NCBI GenBank assembly: GCA_963735805.1
Contig: CAVTMK010000002.1
Location: 1,472,001 to 1,536,000, forward strand
Origin: an uncultured Verrucomicrobiae bacterium
GTDB taxonomy: Bacteria > Verrucomicrobiota > Verrucomicrobiia > Chthoniobacterales > UBA10450
Length of the DNA stretch: 64,000 nt
Direction of reading: 5' to 3'
The notes beneath the pieces are model-generated. The model was given only the letters and a program-made list of their open reading frames with translations. It had not been told where the DNA came from and searched no databases. Of the stretch, positions 39,894-49,084 are shown piece after piece; position 1 is the stretch's first letter; each line of letters starts with the position of its first letter. The position numbers were made by a program, and so were the translations under genes.

Positions 39894-40859
39894 TCAGACG
39901 ATCGCGCCGCCGCAGCTTGATCCAGCGCCAGCGGTGCAGCCAAAGCAATGATTGCCTGTCATGATCTCGCGATTTTCGATGTTCTCCGAATCGATGTCCC
40001 ACACAAACAAACGCTCGCTCCCGCCATTGCCGGGGCATTGCATCCCAAGCTGTTGATTGAAATCGCAATCGTACACTTCGCCGCGCCAATCGACACTGAT
40101 CGTGTTGCGGCACATAAGTCCATCAACGGTGGCAGGGTTAAACGCGCTGACTAGTAGCTGCATGTAATCCTCGAGCTGATTGTTACGGCGAAGATAAGAG
40201 GCGAAACGGCCGATTGGAAGATTCGCAAGAGTGTACAGATTATTAAACACGACGCCGAAATGCTTCTTGAGTTCGCGCTTGTAATCGTCCTCGAGCTGGG
40301 CTTGCGAAGGCGGCAGAAATGCGCCGACCGGATTGTAAACCAGATGCAACGGCAATTCCTGGTTTATCCCGTAGCCTAACGAATTAAGTAATTGCAGCGC
40401 TGCTAGGCTGCTCTCGAAGACTCCCTCGCCGCGTTGCGCGTTCACGTTTTCCGGCGTGTAACAAGGCATCGATGCGATAATCTCGACTTTGTTCTTGGCC
40501 AGAAATTTCCCGAGTCCTTCATAGCCGAGCTCGACCAAAATCGTGAGATTACAGCGATCGATGACGTGCCGAGAGGGATGCACTTCTTTCACTCTTTCGA
40601 TGAAATAACAAAAATCGGGAATCATCTCTGGCGCGCCGCCAGTGAGGTCCACGGTCGGAATGTGCGTCTGTGCCAGCCAATCAACGATTCGATCAACTGT
40701 CGCGCGCGTCATGATTTCCCTGCGTTTCGGACCAGCATTTACGTGACAATGCACACAGGTCAGATTGCAAAGCTTGCCCACGTTCACCTGAAGGATCTCG
40801 GGACGGGCGCGGCGAAGCGATAGCGAATTGTCCGCAAGTGTCTTGGCGAATCGATTCAT
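39894..40859 (-). CDS. arsS: Arsenosugar biosynthesis radical SAM protein ArsS (Cys form)
   Basis: CNLTCVHCH, DLTGGAPE, DRCNLT, LVYNP, LMCR, YDCDFNQ, C-terminal HCFGCTAGAGSSCGG. Confidence 0.88.
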   Translation of the reverse strand: MNRFAKTLADNSLSLRRARPEILQVNVGKLCNLTCVHCHVNAGPKRREIMTRATVDRIVDWLAQTHIPTVDLTGGAPEMIPDFCYFIERVKEVHPSRHVIDRCNLTILVELGYEGLGKFLAKNKVEIIASMPCYTPENVNAQRGEGVFESSLAALQLLNSLGYGINQELPLHLVYNPVGAFLPPSQAQLEDDYKRELKKHFGVVFNNLYTLANLPIGRFASYLRRNNQLEDYMQLLVSAFNPATVDGLMCRNTISVDWRGEVYDCDFNQQLGMQCPGNGGSERLFVWDIDSENIENREIMTGNHCFGCTAGAGSSCGGAIV

Positions 40860-40987
40860 CTCAAAGACCGGCTATGACTCGCCCTGTCGTTGCGTTTCCG
40901 ATGTTTCATGTTCTCTGCAAGAACCCGCGATACGCCAGTCTATCATCAGTTCGGGATATTTTCGCGGCATCTACAAGTGGCGAGCAA

Positions 40988-41848
40988 TTACTCCACAAGG
41001 CTTTCCGTTGGTCGCGGCTCGCGCTCCGGGATCTCTCCGTTGGGCAATCGCCAGGGGCGCTGCCCGCGAAATGGCATTGCGAAGAGTTTCCCCAGTGTGA
41101 GCTCCTGTTCCTCGCGGTACGCTGCAACGCCAATCGTAAGTGCCTCCTGCGGCACATCGCGGCGCAGTGTCCGATGAAGTTTGTCCCACCAACAAAAAAT
41201 CGTGCCCCAGTTTGAATTCGTTTCCCGCTGCACGATGGAATGATGAATGCCGTGCATCCTAGGTGTCACGACGATCAGATTTAAGAGTCGCTCCAGCTTG
41301 ATCGGGATACGCCAGTTGGAATGATGAAAGAGAGTGGCCCCCTCAAGTACTATGAAAAAAAATATCAGCATTCCCGGAGTGATTCCGAAGAGCACGACTG
41401 CGAAAGAAAGAAAACCGATTGAGAAAATCATCTCGCCGAAGTGGAATCGCGCGGCGGTGCTGACATCCAGATCGAGATCAGTGTGGTGCACGTTATGAAA
41501 TCGCCAGAAAAGCGGAATCATGTGGTTGGCCCGATGCCACCACCAATAGGCGTAATCCATCAGCAGAAACGTCGCGCTGATGGCCATCCAGAACGGGACA
41601 CCAAGCCAGTTTAGCAGACCAACGTGTTCTTCTTTCGCCCACACGGCGATCGCGAGTGGTATGGGTAACATGGCGACGCGCACAATGGCGAATCCAGGAA
41701 TGGAAAGCACAAAATTACGCACCAATCGATGCAGTACTCTGAAATACTGTCGCCGAAGAGGGAAACGCCATTGAAGCAAAAACAGAATGAGGAACACGCA
41801 CGCCAGCAGTGGTCTGCCGACGCAATCCATTAGGGGAATCTCTTGCAC
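40988..41848 (-). CDS. Sterol desaturase / fatty acid hydroxylase family protein
   Basis: His boxes HRANH, HNVHH, FHHSN, HGIHH. Confidence 0.9.
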   Translation of the reverse strand: MQEIPLMDCVGRPLLACVFLILFLLQWRFPLRRQYFRVLHRLVRNFVLSIPGFAIVRVAMLPIPLAIAVWAKEEHVGLLNWLGVPFWMAISATFLLMDYAYWWWHRANHMIPLFWRFHNVHHTDLDLDVSTAARFHFGEMIFSIGFLSFAVVLFGITPGMLIFFFIVLEGATLFHHSNWRIPIKLERLLNLIVVTPRMHGIHHSIVQRETNSNWGTIFCWWDKLHRTLRRDVPQEALTIGVAAYREEQELTLGKLFAMPFRGQRPWRLPNGEIPEREPRPTESLVE

Positions 41849-42053
41849 GGTTCGCTGTATTGCCGCCCTAATCCTATCATCACCATGCAGGCAACGGCAG
41901 TGTAGAGTTGATAAACAAACCTTCTTTCAGGGCAAACCGGAGAGTTGTCGCAGTCTGGCCCTTTAGCGTAGAAAGCCAGCAGCGTTGTCCTTCGTCTGTT
42001 GCAAGAGCGATAACTAGTCGTTCTGTTCCTGGATTAATTTCCCGGCAGGCGAT

Positions 42054-42764
42054 TTGGTGAAAAGCAATCGAACAACCGTTTCAATTATTGTTCCTGTCCT
42101 TAACGAGGCGCGACTATTACGGCCGTTCCTCTCGCATTTGCGCGAGCGCGCGCCCGGAGCGGAAATCGTTGTCGCAGATGGTGGGAGCTCCGACGGCACG
42201 GCCGATTTCGCGGAGGGCCTTTCCGATCAACTTGTCGTAAGCAAGCCTGGTCGGGCAATACAAATGAATGCCGGTGCGCACGCCGCGCGTGGCGAAATCC
42301 TTTGGTTTCTGCACGTCGATGTCGAAGTCCCTTGGGGATGCTTGACTGAGATCGAGCGAATCATGGGCGACTCCGGCGTCGTAGGTGGATTCTTTCGAAT
42401 TCGCCTGCCGCGAGCGCATGTTTATCGGTTGACGGACAGCTTTGCGCATTACGTCGGGATCCTGTTGCGAATGCGGTGTGGCGACCACGGAATATTCTGT
42501 CGTCGAACCGCATTTCTGGATGTTGGCGGTTTTCCGGAAGTGCCGCTGATGGAAGACGTGAAGTTTTTTCGTAAGCTTCGGCACGCCGGTCGCGTGGTGT
42601 TCAGCAACAAGCGCATCCTGGCAAGTCCACGGCGGTATGAAGTTATTGGACGATTACGTTTGACCATCGCTTACGGCTTTATCGCAACGCTTTACAACTT
42701 CGGCGTTCCAGCACCGAAACTCGCCTCGATCTACAAACGTACGTGCTGTGCCGAGCAAAAATAG
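42054..42764 (+). CDS. GT2 glycosyltransferase, TIGR04283-like (ArsS-associated)
   Basis: SIIVPVLNE, DGGSSD, GRAIQMNAGA, FLHVD, GDHG, PLMEDV, SPRR. Confidence 0.85.
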   Translation: MVKSNRTTVSIIVPVLNEARLLRPFLSHLRERAPGAEIVVADGGSSDGTADFAEGLSDQLVVSKPGRAIQMNAGAHAARGEILWFLHVDVEVPWGCLTEIERIMGDSGVVGGFFRIRLPRAHVYRLTDSFAHYVGILLRMRCGDHGIFCRRTAFLDVGGFPEVPLMEDVKFFRKLRHAGRVVFSNKRILASPRRYEVIGRLRLTIAYGFIATLYNFGVPAPKLASIYKRTCCAEQK

Positions 42765-42845
42765 GTTCACGCAATTGACGGCCCGGCTGAGTCGATGCAC
42801 GCAACAAGGCCGCTTCGTCCGTTCTATTTTGTACAGGAGGCATTC

Positions 42846-43250
42846 ATGAAACTAACGAGCCTTATTATAACGTTGGTCGCGGCTGCGGCTCTCGCCGCAT
42901 TCGGCCAGGAAGGAGCACTGCAGGACGTAAAGGAGGGAGCAAAAAAAACAGGAGAGACGGTAAAAAACGGACTTGAGACTGCCGGCAAGAAAACCAGGGA
43001 AGCTGCTGAAACGGTCGGAGAAAAAACCAAGGAGACCGCCAAGACTGTAGGCAGAAAGACCAGGGAAACGGCTGAAACGGTAGCCGAAAAGACAAAAGAG
43101 ACGGCTCAAACTGCAGGCCAGAAAACGAAAGAAACCGCCGCTACAGTCCAGCAAAAATCTAAACGGACATTAGAGAAGACGAAAGCAGAAACGACCGGCC
43201 AACAATCGACAAATCACGCACCTAACACACCGGCTCCAACCGATCGCTGA
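42846..43250 (+). CDS. Secreted LEA-like protein with 11-aa repeats
   Basis: Signal peptide then tandem KT(K/R)ETAxTVGx units. Confidence 0.7.
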   Translation: MKLTSLIITLVAAAALAAFGQEGALQDVKEGAKKTGETVKNGLETAGKKTREAAETVGEKTKETAKTVGRKTRETAETVAEKTKETAQTAGQKTKETAATVQQKSKRTLEKTKAETTGQQSTNHAPNTPAPTDR

Positions 43251-43405
43251 AATCGGGTCGCCGGGAGGTCGATACCAAAGACCTGGTGTTTAGATTTTCA
43301 GCACAGTTCACAAAGAAAAAGCCAACTTTCTTTGCTTCGCGCTTGCTCAGGTTGTTTGACTGAGTCCTATTTGTCGCGATCAATTCGGGAGCTTTTCCGA
43401 GTGAA

Positions 43406-44158
43406 ATGAGCGGTCTTCGCCTGGGAGTCAACATCGATCACGTAGCAACGCTGCGACAGGCGCGGTATGCCACGATGCCGGAATCCAAGAACGCGGAACC
43501 AGATCTCATCGTTGCGGCGCGAATGTGCGAACGCGCGGGCGCGCAGGGGATCGTCGCGCATTTGCGCTCCGATCGCCGCCACATCCAGGACCGGGACATC
43601 GAGCGGTTGCGCGAGAACATTCTGACAAAGTTGAATCTCGAAATGGGCAACACGCCGGAAATTGTCGATGTTGCGCTGCGCGTCCTGCCCGATGAGGTCT
43701 GCCTTGTCCCGGAGAAACGGGAGGAAATCACTACCGAGGGGGGCCTGGATGTTATCGCAAATCGCAAGACATTGGAACCGACTGTGAAACGGCTTCAAAC
43801 CTCGGGTATTCGTGTCAGCTTGTTTATCGATCCTACTTTGGAGCAGGTCGATGCCGCGACAGAGCTGGGGGTTGAAATGGTTGAACTGCATACAGGCAAA
43901 CTGGCGAACGCCTTCACAGAAAAGATTCAAAAAGAAGAGCTGGAACAACTGCGGGCCGCTGCGCGCGCCGCATCGGAATCACATCTCCAAGTCAACGCCG
44001 GCCACGGCATCAATTACAAAAATATCGAATTGATCAATCAGATTCCATCTTTAACCGAGCTCAACATCGGTCATTCCATCGTGTCACGCGCGGTCTGGAT
44101 AGGACTCGATGCGGCGGTGAAAGAAATGCTCGCTGCGATGGCCAAATATCGCGGATGA
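43406..44158 (+). CDS. pdxJ: Pyridoxine 5'-phosphate synthase
   Basis: LGVNIDHVATLR, HLRSDRRHI, TTEGGLD, ELHTG, NIGHSI. Confidence 0.96.
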   Translation: MSGLRLGVNIDHVATLRQARYATMPESKNAEPDLIVAARMCERAGAQGIVAHLRSDRRHIQDRDIERLRENILTKLNLEMGNTPEIVDVALRVLPDEVCLVPEKREEITTEGGLDVIANRKTLEPTVKRLQTSGIRVSLFIDPTLEQVDAATELGVEMVELHTGKLANAFTEKIQKEELEQLRAAARAASESHLQVNAGHGINYKNIELINQIPSLTELNIGHSIVSRAVWIGLDAAVKEMLAAMAKYRG

Positions 44159-44162
44159 TTAA

Positions 44163-44190
44163 GGTGGATCGCGTTGTCCTCAACGCGATG
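44163..44190. repeat. Single GTGG-type REP-like palindrome
   Basis: GGTGG followed by ATCGCGTTG-TCCT-CAACGCGAT. Confidence 0.55.
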
Positions 44191-44200
44191 ACAATTTGAT

Positions 44201-44581
44201 ATGAGCGTTATCGGTACTGGTGTCGATCTTGTCGAGTGCGCACGCATTCAGCGGTCGGTCGATCGGTTTGGAGATCGTTTTCTCCGTCGCGTTTTTACGG
44301 ATGGCGAGATTAACTATTCGATGTCGATGAAATTCCCGGCCCGTCATCTGGCTGCGCGTTTTGCAGCCAAAGAGGCTGCTTCGAAGGCATTCGGCACCGG
44401 GATTGGCAAAGCGATGGGTTGGCGCGACCTCGACATCCAGAAAAAGCCGAGCGGCGAACCATTTCTCGTTTTATCCGGACCAGCCCAAGAACTCGCGGAA
44501 CAGCGCGGAGTCACTGCCACCCTGGTCACGCTCAGCCATACTGAACATCACGCAATCGCATCTGTCGTCCTGCAGGGATAG
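44201..44581 (+). CDS. acpS: Holo-ACP synthase
   Basis: GVDLVE, RFAAKEAASKAFGTGI, SGEP, LSH. Confidence 0.95.
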   Translation: MSVIGTGVDLVECARIQRSVDRFGDRFLRRVFTDGEINYSMSMKFPARHLAARFAAKEAASKAFGTGIGKAMGWRDLDIQKKPSGEPFLVLSGPAQELAEQRGVTATLVTLSHTEHHAIASVVLQG

Positions 44582-44743
44582 AGACACCAACCGGAACGTG
44601 TCCCTCTCAGCTCGTTGGCGGTTTTGCCGTTTGATTTGCGCCTTCGGTGATTGATCCGGAATCGTCTTCGGAGAAGTCGATGGACCAGGCGATTGGCACG
44701 AGGCGTTCATTAACAGGGTTGAAAGTCGACCTGCTTTCCGGCT

Positions 44744-45118
44744 ATGAAGGCAGGGATGGAATCCTTTCGACACATCATGGAGATCATCGGCACCAGCGTG
44801 GATGGCGTGGGTGTATTCATTGTCGCAGCAGGCATGCTGGTCGCCACGGTGCGGCTCGCAACACGCCGAGCGCATGAGACAGGCAACTATTATTCGCTTT
44901 ACCGGCAGGATGTGGGGCGCGCGATCCTGCTCGGTCTTGAGTTCCTGATTGCCGGCGACATCATTCGGACTGTCGTGGTCGCGCCAACGCTACAAAACGT
45001 TTTGGTGCTGGGAATGATCGTTCTTATCCGCACCTTCCTGAGCTTGTCGCTTCAAATGGAAATCGAAGGAAAATTGCCGTGGCGACGCGAAGCTTTGCGC
45101 CGCGGGTCCAACGGATGA
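44744..45118 (+). CDS. DUF1622 family membrane protein
   Basis: GRAILLGLEFLIAGDIIRT and IRTFLS...EIEG. Confidence 0.85.
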   Translation: MKAGMESFRHIMEIIGTSVDGVGVFIVAAGMLVATVRLATRRAHETGNYYSLYRQDVGRAILLGLEFLIAGDIIRTVVVAPTLQNVLVLGMIVLIRTFLSLSLQMEIEGKLPWRREALRRGSNG

Positions 45119-45161
45119 ATGCGGTTACTAACCCTCGCTGAAGTCGAGCAGCTGGAACCTC

Positions 45162-45941
45162 CTACGGCTTCACTGCTTCGATCGTTGCTGACGCTAAATA
45201 ATCTTCGATTCTCTTACCGGGAAGCCACTCTCGGATGAAGGACTTGGATGAATTCTTTGGCGCAATCTTAATGTCGTTGAACCCAGATGTTTGGAGCATC
45301 CGCTCAAGCTCGGAGATCTGCGAAGCGCCAGCCATGCATCCTGTGTAAGCAGCCCAATCGGCTTTGATGTCACGCGGGAGCGGCGCGGTCGCGACCATGT
45401 CAGCCACAGCAAACCGTCCACCCGGTCTCAGCACGCGGAACGCTTCATTGAGCACCCGTTGTTTCTCAGGAGAAAGATTGATTACACAGTTGGAAATGAC
45501 CACATCGACGCTGTTGTCGGCGACCGGCAGCGCCTCAATTTCACCCAGCCGGAACTCAACGTTTTTGAATCCGTTCTTTTGCGCGTTTTCGCGTGCTTTG
45601 CTTAGCATCTCGTGTGTCATATCGACGCCGATTACCCTTCCGTTTTTGCCGACAGCACGAGCGGCAAGAAAACAATCGAAACCAGCACCGGAACCGAGAT
45701 CCAAAACGACTTGGCCTTCTTTGAGTGAAGCGATCGCCAGCGGATTTCCGCAGCCGAGTCCAAGATTGGCAGCTTCAGGGGCTGCCGCCGCATCTTCAGT
45801 AGAATAGCCGAGATCCACTGCGTCAGTTGATGTGCAGCAATCATCGGCGCATCTCGCTTCACCCGATGCACTGGCGCCGTAGCGCCGCCGAACTTGTTCT
45901 CTGACGGTCTCAGGCGATGACTCAGTTGGCGCAATCTTCAT
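45162..45941 (-). CDS. arsM: Arsenite methyltransferase
   Basis: DDCC, LGLGCGNP, LDLGSGAGFD, SNCVINLS, GCMAGA; last gene of the ars operon. Confidence 0.92.
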   Translation of the reverse strand: MKIAPTESSPETVREQVRRRYGASASGEARCADDCCTSTDAVDLGYSTEDAAAAPEAANLGLGCGNPLAIASLKEGQVVLDLGSGAGFDCFLAARAVGKNGRVIGVDMTHEMLSKARENAQKNGFKNVEFRLGEIEALPVADNSVDVVISNCVINLSPEKQRVLNEAFRVLRPGGRFAVADMVATAPLPRDIKADWAAYTGCMAGASQISELERMLQTSGFNDIKIAPKNSSKSFIREWLPGKRIEDYLASATIEAVKP

Positions 45942-45945
45942 CACG

Positions 45946-46383
45946 TTACGCATCGACAGCACACATTTCGTCACACCACGTTTCGATTCGCGCTCGAATG
46001 TCGTCACGAATTTTGCGCGTGCCTTTAAGGCGTTGCTCGGAGGTGCCAGTAAGCGCAGAAGGATCGGGGAAACTCCAATGTAGCCGTTTCGTCACGCCCG
46101 CAAAAATCGGGCAACCTGCAGCTTCTGATTCATCACAAACGGTAATTGCGTATGCGAACAAGTCTCCACTCTTAAAGACATCAAAGACGGCTTGGGTCTT
46201 GTTATTGGAAATATCAATTCCTTCCTCATCCATCACTTGAACCGCCAGCGGATTAAGTTGGCCTGGCTCAAGCCCTGCGCTCTGTGCCTCGAAATAATCG
46301 CCGCAAATATCGTTTAGCCATGCTGCTGCCATTTGACTGCGGGCACTGTTGTGAACACAAATAAATAGAACTTTCTTTTTCAT
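45946..46383 (-). CDS. arsC: Arsenate reductase, LMW-PTP (thioredoxin) type
   Basis: [15 protein letters not shown]...CP, HWSFPDP. Confidence 0.92.
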   Translation of the reverse strand: MKKKVLFICVHNSARSQMAAAWLNDICGDYFEAQSAGLEPGQLNPLAVQVMDEEGIDISNNKTQAVFDVFKSGDLFAYAITVCDESEAAGCPIFAGVTKRLHWSFPDPSALTGTSEQRLKGTRKIRDDIRARIETWCDEMCAVDA

Positions 46384-46390
46384 AGATTCA

Positions 46391-47071
46391 TTATGGAGAC
46401 GTTGTTCCGGGAAATGGAATCGAGCAACAGCCTTCTTCGCGCACACATCGACAACCGAGGACAGCGAGCAAAGCCCCGGTCGTGGGAGCCACCAAATAAA
46501 TCCAGAGACTAGAGAGATGCTGCGAAACGACCGCTGGCGCCAAGGAGCGAGCAGGATTCATGGATGCGCCGCAGACCGGACCCGCGAACATAGCCTCTAG
46601 TCCAATAACAGAACCGACAGCGATCCCTGCCGTGATACCCTTTTCCGCCGCACCAGTCGAGACGCTGAGAATCACAAACATCAGAATGGCCGTGAGAATC
46701 AACTCAAGCGCAAAAGATTGCCTTGCCGATCCGGCGGGCAACGTTGCGCCTAACGTCGCATCTCCCGGAAAGAGAAGTCGCAGGATGCCGCTTGCGGCGA
46801 ACGCACCCGCACACTGACTCACGATGTATGGAATTACTTCACGCAGTGGGAAACGTCGCGCTGCAAAAAACCCCAAACTGACCGCGGGATTTAAGTGTGC
46901 GCCCGAAATATCGCCAATCGTGTAAATCATCGCCAGGACGACCAAACCAAATGTCAGTGCAACCCCAACGTGTGTAACCGCTCCACCGCTCGTCTGGTTG
47001 ACAACGATTGCGCCCGTGCCCGCAAACACCAGTGAGAACGTGCCAATAAATTCGGCGACAAACTTCTTCAC
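46391..47071 (-). CDS. MIP/aquaporin channel (probable arsenite channel)
   Basis: Two NPA motifs ([16 protein letters not shown]); inside the ars operon. Confidence 0.92.
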   Translation of the reverse strand: MKKFVAEFIGTFSLVFAGTGAIVVNQTSGGAVTHVGVALTFGLVVLAMIYTIGDISGAHLNPAVSLGFFAARRFPLREVIPYIVSQCAGAFAASGILRLLFPGDATLGATLPAGSARQSFALELILTAILMFVILSVSTGAAEKGITAGIAVGSVIGLEAMFAGPVCGASMNPARSLAPAVVSQHLSSLWIYLVAPTTGALLAVLGCRCVREEGCCSIPFPGTTSP

Positions 47072-47514
47072 ATTTTTTGCTCTAACTCCGAGGCAGTTTT
47101 GCGACGCGCGCCGTTATAAATAGAAGTTTTCATTTTCTTCTTTGTTTTCCTTTCATTGACACGCCGCCTGAATACGCTGCGCGGCCGACAACAGGTCTTT
47201 GCGAGTTTGGAAAGCTTTTCCGCATCGCGTTTGAACACCGCATCTGTTTGTACGCAATCTTGCAAACATTTTAGGTTCCGTTCCAATTCGTCCGCTCGCC
47301 GACCGGGCAGCGAATAGATAATCCAATTCTGTTCCCTTGCGGTGCTCACCATGCCTCTTCGACGCAAGTAGGCGAGATGTTTGGAAATCTTGACCTGCGG
47401 TTCATGAAGGATCTCCTGAAAGTGACAGACGCAGAGAGGCGATTGTGTAAGAAGATGAAGAATGCGCAACCGTGTGCGATCGCAAAAACACTGATAAATT
47501 TGGATCAGGTCCAT
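47068..47514 (-). CDS. arsR: ArsR family repressor
   Basis: DRTRLRIL, LCVCH, QVKISKHLAYLR. Confidence 0.9.
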   Translation of the reverse strand: MDLIQIYQCFCDRTRLRILHLLTQSPLCVCHFQEILHEPQVKISKHLAYLRRRGMVSTAREQNWIIYSLPGRRADELERNLKCLQDCVQTDAVFKRDAEKLSKLAKTCCRPRSVFRRRVNERKTKKKMKTSIYNGARRKTASELEQKM

Positions 47515-47519
47515 GGCGA

Positions 47520-47975
47520 TTAACAACAAGCCGTCGACGTCACGCAACAGCGCGCGGCTGTTTCGCTATCGCGACGCTTACGTGCCCGGCATTGAGTTCG
47601 CCCGCGTTGCAAGAACAAATTCAGATGGTCGCCCTCCGGCCGGGCTTCAATAATCGGATATTGCGCCACGACACAGCAGTCGTATTCGACGTCTACATCC
47701 AGGTCTGCGCTTGGAATCACGCGGTTTCCCAGCCGCAGGATTTTCGCAAAGCGATCTGATCGAAGCCGATGCCCGGTGTCATTGCCGACATGCGTTTGCA
47801 GCACAATTCTTTCCTCTCGGCCGGTTACTCCGCCACAATCGACGAAGTTCCTAACTACGTGTCCAACTTCAGTGATGTGCGCATGTTCAGGGATGAAATC
47901 GCCATTGGGGAGAATAAACCGGGGCGATCTCTTGGAATTCGCTTCAATCACAACCTGCAAATCGTGAACCGTCAT
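47520..47975 (-). CDS. DUF6428-like Cys-rich protein, first gene of the ars operon
   Basis: HAHITEVG, FVDCGG, EYDCC, C-terminal CCVTSTACC. Confidence 0.78.
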   Translation of the reverse strand: MTVHDLQVVIEANSKRSPRFILPNGDFIPEHAHITEVGHVVRNFVDCGGVTGREERIVLQTHVGNDTGHRLRSDRFAKILRLGNRVIPSADLDVDVEYDCCVVAQYPIIEARPEGDHLNLFLQRGRTQCRARKRRDSETAARCCVTSTACC

Positions 47976-47980
47976 ATCAA

Positions 47981-48008
47981 ACTATATACCTGTATGCGCA
48001 TATAGCAA
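47981..48008 (-). promoter_or_regulatory. ars operon promoter overlapped by a candidate ArsR operator
   Basis: Minus strand TTGCTA-N16-TATAGT, 5 nt before the ATG, overlapped by imperfect palindrome CTATAT-N12-ATATAG (47982-48005). Confidence 0.6.
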
Positions 48009-48119
48009 GCCCATGTCGCTGCTCTGCAAAGTATCCGCTTCAAATGATGTTTACTTTCGGAGTAGTTTCGCCATCGCAATGATCAGGAGAATGATAACGA
48101 GAAAGTGCAACGATCTTTT

Positions 48120-48941
48120 ATGAAACGACTCTCCATCGGCGTCGTATTCGTCGTTATTACTGTGGTAACTGCTGCCATCGTTATTGGGGATCTCGCGCGA
48201 GGCGCAGCCGGCCGCAAGCTGCGGGAGTCGATCCTTGCGGAGCTTCAGCCAGTCGTGTTGAAGAACTGCACGTTGAAGCGTTTTGGCAGCCCCAATGATG
48301 GCGGATACCTGATGTGCGAGAATCTAATTGAGCCGCTCGATTCGGGTTACTCATACGGTGTTGGCAGGAACGACGACTGGGGATGTGAGGTGTCGCGCCG
48401 TTATCGTGTCCCGGTGCACGAGTACGATTGTTTCGATCCCGCACGTCCGAGCTGTAATGGCGGCACGCTCGTATTTCACGACGAATGTGTCGGCAATCGG
48501 AGCAGCTACAGGGAGTCACGTTTCTTCGACACGCTGGAAAACCAGATCAGGAAAAACGGCGATAACGGCCGGCGGCTTGTCATCAAGATGGACATTGAAG
48601 GGGCGGAATGGGATTCACTCCTGGCAGTGCCTGACGAGTTGCTTGCTTCAATTCCGCAGATCGCCATGGAACTGCACGGCTTCGACAATCCGAAGATTGT
48701 CGAGGCGCTCCGGAAACTGAATCGGAACTTCTATCTTGTGAACCTGCACTTCAATAACTGGTCGTGCACTCGGAAGGCGGCACCGCTCCCCGCCTGGGCG
48801 TACCAAGTGCTCTGGGTAAACAAGCGCATCGGCGTGCTCGACCCGGCGGCGCCTATCCCCGCGCCGATGAGTCCGCTGAACGCGCCCGACTCGCCGACAT
48901 GGCCCGATTGCCAGTTGCGCACTCAGCGGTCGCGATTCTGA
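48120..48941 (+). CDS. FkbM-like methyltransferase-domain protein with N-terminal anchor
   Basis: RFGSPNDGGY, YSYGVG, IKMDIEGAEW, QIAMELH, HFNN. Confidence 0.75.
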   Translation: MKRLSIGVVFVVITVVTAAIVIGDLARGAAGRKLRESILAELQPVVLKNCTLKRFGSPNDGGYLMCENLIEPLDSGYSYGVGRNDDWGCEVSRRYRVPVHEYDCFDPARPSCNGGTLVFHDECVGNRSSYRESRFFDTLENQIRKNGDNGRRLVIKMDIEGAEWDSLLAVPDELLASIPQIAMELHGFDNPKIVEALRKLNRNFYLVNLHFNNWSCTRKAAPLPAWAYQVLWVNKRIGVLDPAAPIPAPMSPLNAPDSPTWPDCQLRTQRSRF

Positions 48942-49084
48942 ACCGAAGTAGAAAGGTCTGCCGCAGCGCCTCAAACTGAAAATTATCGAATGCGGTTCGA
49001 CCAATGTTCCGGGAGCTTTTCGTAAGCTGAGTCCAATATTGAATTTTACATCCGATTCTTTTGTCAAAGACGAGATTTCCTCCG

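Noticed and set aside
39894..39930. Possible selenocysteine in the ArsS C-terminal GSSxGG motif
   Set aside because: The codon is TGC (Cys); the TGA comes after the complete motif and is an ordinary stop.
40856..40909. 17-codon ORF (MKHRKRNDRASHSRSLR) overlapping the arsS start by ATGA
   Set aside because: No SD or distinctive composition; likely chance.
42950..43160. 33-bp periodic repeats resembling a CRISPR array
   Set aside because: Degenerate coding repeats with no unique spacers and no cas genes.
43367..43948. Long antisense ORFs over pdxJ and similarly over cstA, der and accD
   Set aside because: They lie opposite well-supported genes and carry no recognisable motifs.
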